From an uncultured Chloroflexia bacterium (GTDB taxonomy: Bacteria > Chloroflexota > Dehalococcoidia > Dehalococcoidales > UBA2162): a stretch of 64,000 nucleotides of DNA. Every line of letters starts with the position of its first letter. The first letter of the stretch is position 1. The notes beneath the pieces are model-generated. The model was not told the DNA's origin and did not search any database. It saw only the letters and a program-made list of their open reading frames with translations. A program made the translations under genes and the position numbers. The DNA lies in contig CAVUYC010000015.1 of the NCBI GenBank assembly GCA_963745605.1, positions 11,437 through 75,436 of the forward strand. Reading direction: 5' to 3'. Shown piece by piece: positions 59,746-64,000 of this stretch.

Positions 59746-61590
59746 TTATCGAACCGGCGCCTGCTGCTGGTCCGGCCAAAGATCGGCTGCCACATCATTG
59801 AGACCAAGAGTCAGAAGTTTGGCCTTGGAGGGTTTAGTCGTGACGCGGTCCCAGTCCAGAGCCCCCAGATTCCAGTAGATGTATGAGGGAGCATCGATGC
59901 TCACTCCTGCCAGCGGTCCCATCTTCAGAGGTGGGTTGCCAACTATCCGGGGGTGGACGTACCACCGCAACTGATTAATGCCTTCCCGTAAATTGAAGGC
60001 GTGCCGCATATTCGCGATACGCTCGCCGGCTCTTAACATCTCGTCAGGAGTGACATCCATGCCGGTAGCCGCCCGCATATAATCTGCGAGCCGTTGCGGC
60101 GTGTCAGGTGCACCCCCGAAACCGAAGCCTGTAAAACAGACTCCACACGAGTTTGTGATGTGTTTCCCGAAGCTTGAAGGCCCGAAACCAGCCGTATGAC
60201 GCCCCGGAGTCGCATCCATTTGATAACTCGCGATGTTGAAACCACCGCGTGGCGATACCAGCTTGGGATCGTGCATACCGACCTCCTGGCCTCCAACATG
60301 GACGGCAAATTTCTCCGCACCCTTGCCTACTTTCTCTGCAGCGACCTTCACACCGTCCGCCAGAATGTCGCCCAGCCCTTCTCTGCGGGCCAGTTTATCC
60401 GTCAGCGCGATCATCCCCTGGTGGTTGCCCCATTTCAAGTCGATGCCACCCGTATCGCTGCTCGTCAATATCCCGTTTTCGAAACACTCGATCGCAAAGG
60501 CAATCGCCGTCCCGGCAGAGATCGTGTCGAGCCCTGCTCTGTTGCAGATGTCATTGGCCATGTTGATGGCTTCCACGTTGGTGTTCCCGCAGCAAAGCCC
60601 AAAGCTCGCTGCCGTTTCGTACTCTGGCCGGCGGCTTCCAGACGCGTATCTATAGTCTGCCGAGCCTTCCTTGAGGATACCTTTACAAGCGATAGGACAG
60701 TGCCAGCATCCGGATAGTTTGGCAACGCTCTTCGCTACTACGTCTTCGTGAAGCATCGACTTGTCGGGGAAATCTACGATGCCAACGCCCCCCCAGTTCT
60801 TCACCGGGGTGTCGCCGCTTTGAGCGGAGTTGTAAGTGATGGTGCTGGTTCCGTACTTGTGCTGCCTCTCGATGACAGACTGATTCCATGGAGGCCGCGG
60901 GACCTGCCAACCCTTGATCTGGTCCATGCGCAACCGTTCCAGCAGGTCTCTGTCCGCAACCGGCACTGACGGAGCGCCGCGGGCCACCACAGCTTTCAGC
61001 TTCTTGGCGCCCATGACCGCTCCCAGGCCGGAACGTCCGGCGGCGGAACCGTGGTCAGTCATCACACACGCGATCAACGAAACCTTCTCCCCGGCCTGTC
61101 CGATGCATGCCACCCTGGCCTGCCTGCCATACTCCGCATTCAACAAGTCCTCGGACTCGTAGGCGTCCTTTCCCCAGAGAGCCGATGCGTCCCTGATCTG
61201 CGCCTTGCCTTCATCGAGCAGAAGGTAGACAGGTTTCGGCGAGATACCGCGGACGAACACCGCGTCGAATCCGGAGAACTTGAGGTGTGGGCCGAAGTCG
61301 CCGCCCGAATTGGCGTCGCCCCAACCACCCGTGAGTGGCGACTTGCCAACTACCGTATACCGTGCCGCGGTGGGCACTGCAGTGCCGGTCAAAGGGCCTG
61401 TCACAAACCCGAGGAAATTGTCCGGACCCAGGGGATCAACCCCAGGCTTCTGCCGGCTGTAAATCACCCTGGCTGCCAGACCGTAACCGCCGATGAATTC
61501 GCGGCACATCTTGTCTTCGAGGGGTTCTTCTAAGAGAGAGCCTGTAGAAAGATCCACAAAGAGCATTCTTCCAGCGTAGCCATTTGCCAT
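59746..61590 (-). CDS. aor: Aldehyde:ferredoxin oxidoreductase family (tungstopterin) enzyme
   Basis: KSPLTG, AAGRSGLGAVMGAKKLKA, CWHCPIAC, PEYET, GLDTISAG. Confidence 0.92.
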   Translation of the reverse strand: MANGYAGRMLFVDLSTGSLLEEPLEDKMCREFIGGYGLAARVIYSRQKPGVDPLGPDNFLGFVTGPLTGTAVPTAARYTVVGKSPLTGGWGDANSGGDFGPHLKFSGFDAVFVRGISPKPVYLLLDEGKAQIRDASALWGKDAYESEDLLNAEYGRQARVACIGQAGEKVSLIACVMTDHGSAAGRSGLGAVMGAKKLKAVVARGAPSVPVADRDLLERLRMDQIKGWQVPRPPWNQSVIERQHKYGTSTITYNSAQSGDTPVKNWGGVGIVDFPDKSMLHEDVVAKSVAKLSGCWHCPIACKGILKEGSADYRYASGSRRPEYETAASFGLCCGNTNVEAINMANDICNRAGLDTISAGTAIAFAIECFENGILTSSDTGGIDLKWGNHQGMIALTDKLARREGLGDILADGVKVAAEKVGKGAEKFAVHVGGQEVGMHDPKLVSPRGGFNIASYQMDATPGRHTAGFGPSSFGKHITNSCGVCFTGFGFGGAPDTPQRLADYMRAATGMDVTPDEMLRAGERIANMRHAFNLREGINQLRWYVHPRIVGNPPLKMGPLAGVSIDAPSYIYWNLGALDWDRVTTKPSKAKLLTLGLNDVAADLWPDQQQAPVR

Positions 61591-61705
61591 ATTTGCTCCA
61601 ACCCTCCAGTCTAATTGCCAGCACATTCTAACACGAGTACGACGCTGGCACGAACCACAATTGCTGATGCAAATCTGGTCGTGTTAGACTGGAAAAGGAG
61701 TTGTT

Positions 61706-62410
61706 ATGAAGACTGTTCGTGTTAGCGCTATATTCGCCTGCCTGGCAGCCACGATGATGCTGGTAACGGCTTGTGCCGGTACCGCAAGCAAGACACCTGC
61801 TAGCTCGCCGTTAGCAAATCAGACTACGCAACCGCCGGCGGCTGCGACCGCCCCCACAGGAGGAACAATGAAGTGGAATACCCCGCCCGCGATGACGATT
61901 GATACCGCCAAGGATTACAAGGCCACCATCAAAACAAACAAAGGCGATATCGTCATCCAGCTTTTTGCCAAGGACTCGCCAAAGACGGCTAACAACTTCA
62001 TCTTCCTTGCCAGGCAGGGCTTCTACGACGGAGTGAAGTTCCACAGAGTCATAAAGGGATTCATGATCCAAACCGGGGATCCACAGGGAACCGGTGCTGG
62101 CGGGCCTGGCTACAAATTCGTCGACGAGTTGCCGACAAAGTTCTCCTATGATCCGGGCATAGTGGCCATGGCCAATGCCGGTCCTAATACGAACGGCAGC
62201 CAGTTCTTCATCTGCAGCGGACCTCAAGCCAAGAACCTCGACTCCTATCCCAACTATACTCAATTCGGCCGGGTCATATCCGGAATGGACGTCGTCGGCA
62301 AAATTGAGAACGTGCAGGTCGGTAAGCGTTACGCAGGAGATCCTGAGACATCGACACCAACTGAAGATGTTCACATGATCAGCGTAACAATCGAAGAGAG
62401 CGCTAAGTAG
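61706..62410 (+). CDS. Cyclophilin-type peptidyl-prolyl isomerase lipoprotein
   Basis: Lipobox VTAC, FHRVIKGFMIQTGDP, AMANAGPNTNGSQFFI. Confidence 0.93.
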   Translation: MKTVRVSAIFACLAATMMLVTACAGTASKTPASSPLANQTTQPPAAATAPTGGTMKWNTPPAMTIDTAKDYKATIKTNKGDIVIQLFAKDSPKTANNFIFLARQGFYDGVKFHRVIKGFMIQTGDPQGTGAGGPGYKFVDELPTKFSYDPGIVAMANAGPNTNGSQFFICSGPQAKNLDSYPNYTQFGRVISGMDVVGKIENVQVGKRYAGDPETSTPTEDVHMISVTIEESAK

Positions 62411-62500
62411 TCCCGCCCGAGTGGGGGAAGGTTGGAAAGATCAGGCGAGGCCATCGCAGGTGGTCTGGGTCAGCCAGCCCGGGGATCACGCAGGCCAACT

Positions 62501-62782
62501 CTAAGTCGAAGACTCGTAGAGCAGTGCTTTCAGAGCTTCGTCGCCTATCCCGGTAACGGATACGATTTTGGTGCGCGCCGTCATGCCGTGTTCAACAACG
62601 ACGTTGCTCTTGCGAAGGCGCAATCGCTCGCTTAAAAACTCAACCAGCTTTTCATTCGCCTTTCCGTCCACGGGAGGCGCCGCCACTCGAATCTCCAGGA
62701 CGCCATTCTTTACGCCAACTACCTCGGTCTTCGACGCGTTAGGCTTGACATGGATGGTGATCTTCACACTCTTTGATAACAC
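62501..62782 (-). CDS. DUF167 (YggU/UPF0235) protein
   Basis: VKPNAS, APPVDGKANEKL, GMTARTK. Confidence 0.9.
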   Translation of the reverse strand: MLSKSVKITIHVKPNASKTEVVGVKNGVLEIRVAAPPVDGKANEKLVEFLSERLRLRKSNVVVEHGMTARTKIVSVTGIGDEALKALLYESST

Positions 62783-62888
62783 GCTTGGATTCTACCATGA
62801 ACCGATTCAAGGCATGAGCGACTAAGAGATACATTTATCGCGCCCCACTAGTTGCTCTTGACCGCAACGCTTACGTACAATTGCCCAT

Positions 62889-64000
62889 ATGTCTGCAAAA
62901 CGTGCCCCTCTCATAGAACGCATAGCCCAGTGGCACGACCCCATGGAAGTGTTCCGACAATTCGCCAGGCGTCCCTTCAGCTTCTTCCTGGATAGCGGTA
63001 TGGACCATGCGAAGCTCGGGAGATTCTCTTTCATGGGGGCGGATCCCTTTCTGGTTGTCAAGAGTGGCCAGGACTCTGACATCGCGTCTCAAACCTCTAC
63101 CTTTGACTCGATCAAGCCGGGACGGGAGCCCGGCAGCGCGACTGGAATACTCAAAGGCGATCCGTTCGGGGATTTGCGGGATACCCTCTCTGCGTACGAG
63201 ATCGGCCCCGGTCCTTACCCAGTCCCGTTCGTCGGGGGCGCGGTAGGTTTTCTGAGCTACGATCTGGGACGGCAAATCGAGCACATCGAAACTCGCGCTC
63301 AAAACGACCTTCAACTTCCTGATCTCTGCTTTGGTTTGTACGATCTCGTGCTTGCGTTTGATCATGCGGATCACTCGGTGTGGATAGCATCGACTGGATT
63401 TCCAGAACAGAATGGGGCCTCAAGGCTCCGCAGGGCGAAAAGTCGCATCGAGGAACTGAAGCGCCTCCTGCACGATCATACCAAGGGAGATGACTGCAAA
63501 GCTGGCGAGCGAGCCAACATCATTTCTGGGGTGCGATCCAACTTCACCCGCGAAGAGTACTTGAAAGCCGTAGAGCGGGCCAGGCGCTATATTATTGACG
63601 GCGACATCTTTGAGGTCAATCTCTCACAACGATTCGAGGCCGACCCGCTGGTCGACCCGCTCCAACTGTACTGCAGGCTACGCGGGATAAACCCGGCTCC
63701 ATTCGCCAGTTACCTGGGTTTCGATGAGGTGAAGGTCATCGGCGCTTCCCCTGAGAGATTCCTCCGAAAGACAGGTCCCCTCGTTGAGACACGACCAATC
63801 AAGGGAACTCGACGCAGGGGCAAAGACGCTCAAGAGGATCGGTTTCTCGCCTCGGAACTTACCTCAAGTATCAAGGACAATGCCGAGAATATGATGATTG
63901 TGGACCTCGAACGCAATGACCTCGGCAGGGTATGCCAATATGGATCGGTTCAGGTCACCGAGTTGGCGATTCTGGAGACGTACCCTACGGTATTTCACCT
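62889..64000 (+). CDS. pabB: Aminodeoxychorismate synthase component I / anthranilate synthase-like, runs off the window
   Basis: My translation: FFLDSG, GAVGFLSYDL, GDIFEVNLSQRF, NPAPFASYL, SPERFL, TRPIKGT, KDNAENMMIVDLERNDLGRV. Confidence 0.85.
   Translation, partial: MSAKRAPLIERIAQWHDPMEVFRQFARRPFSFFLDSGMDHAKLGRFSFMGADPFLVVKSGQDSDIASQTSTFDSIKPGREPGSATGILKGDPFGDLRDTLSAYEIGPGPYPVPFVGGAVGFLSYDLGRQIEHIETRAQNDLQLPDLCFGLYDLVLAFDHADHSVWIASTGFPEQNGASRLRRAKSRIEELKRLLHDHTKGDDCKAGERANIISGVRSNFTREEYLKAVERARRYIIDGDIFEVNLSQRFEADPLVDPLQLYCRLRGINPAPFASYLGFDEVKVIGASPERFLRKTGPLVETRPIKGTRRRGKDAQEDRFLASELTSSIKDNAENMMIVDLERNDLGRVCQYGSVQVTELAILETYPTVFH

Overview
Gene-dense bacterial chromosomal window. Gene content (UroD/MtaA-like paralogs, PAC2, tungsten-type AOR, family I and III CoA-transferases, family-5 solute-binding lipoprotein) suggests an anaerobic Chloroflexota/Dehalococcoidia-like organism; that assignment is inference. 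I saw no rRNA, tRNA, CRISPR or mobile element. The main signal is hidden by the ORF track. Two paralogous genes (24097-25845 and 30654-32405) are each split at an in-frame TGA in an identical W-TGA-H-G-A context. Each TGA is followed, at the same 19-nt distance, by a hairpin with an AGUU loop and differing but complementary stems, i.e. a bacterial SECIS-like element. They read as ~580-aa selenoproteins with UGSC/GrdB-like Sec spacing but no resolving Cys. They lie around a solute-binding protein and CoA-transferase genes. A third in-frame TGA gives a DsbA/FrnE-like U-P-F-C selenoprotein (6602-7219). Other notable items: a MoxR AAA+/HExxH-VWA pair, a ParA without parB next to a coiled-coil gene, three UroD/MtaA-like proteins lacking the Zn ligands, two GNAT-fused acyl-CoA enzymes, and several apparently leaderless genes. 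About nine genes carry frameshifts that look like sequencing indels.
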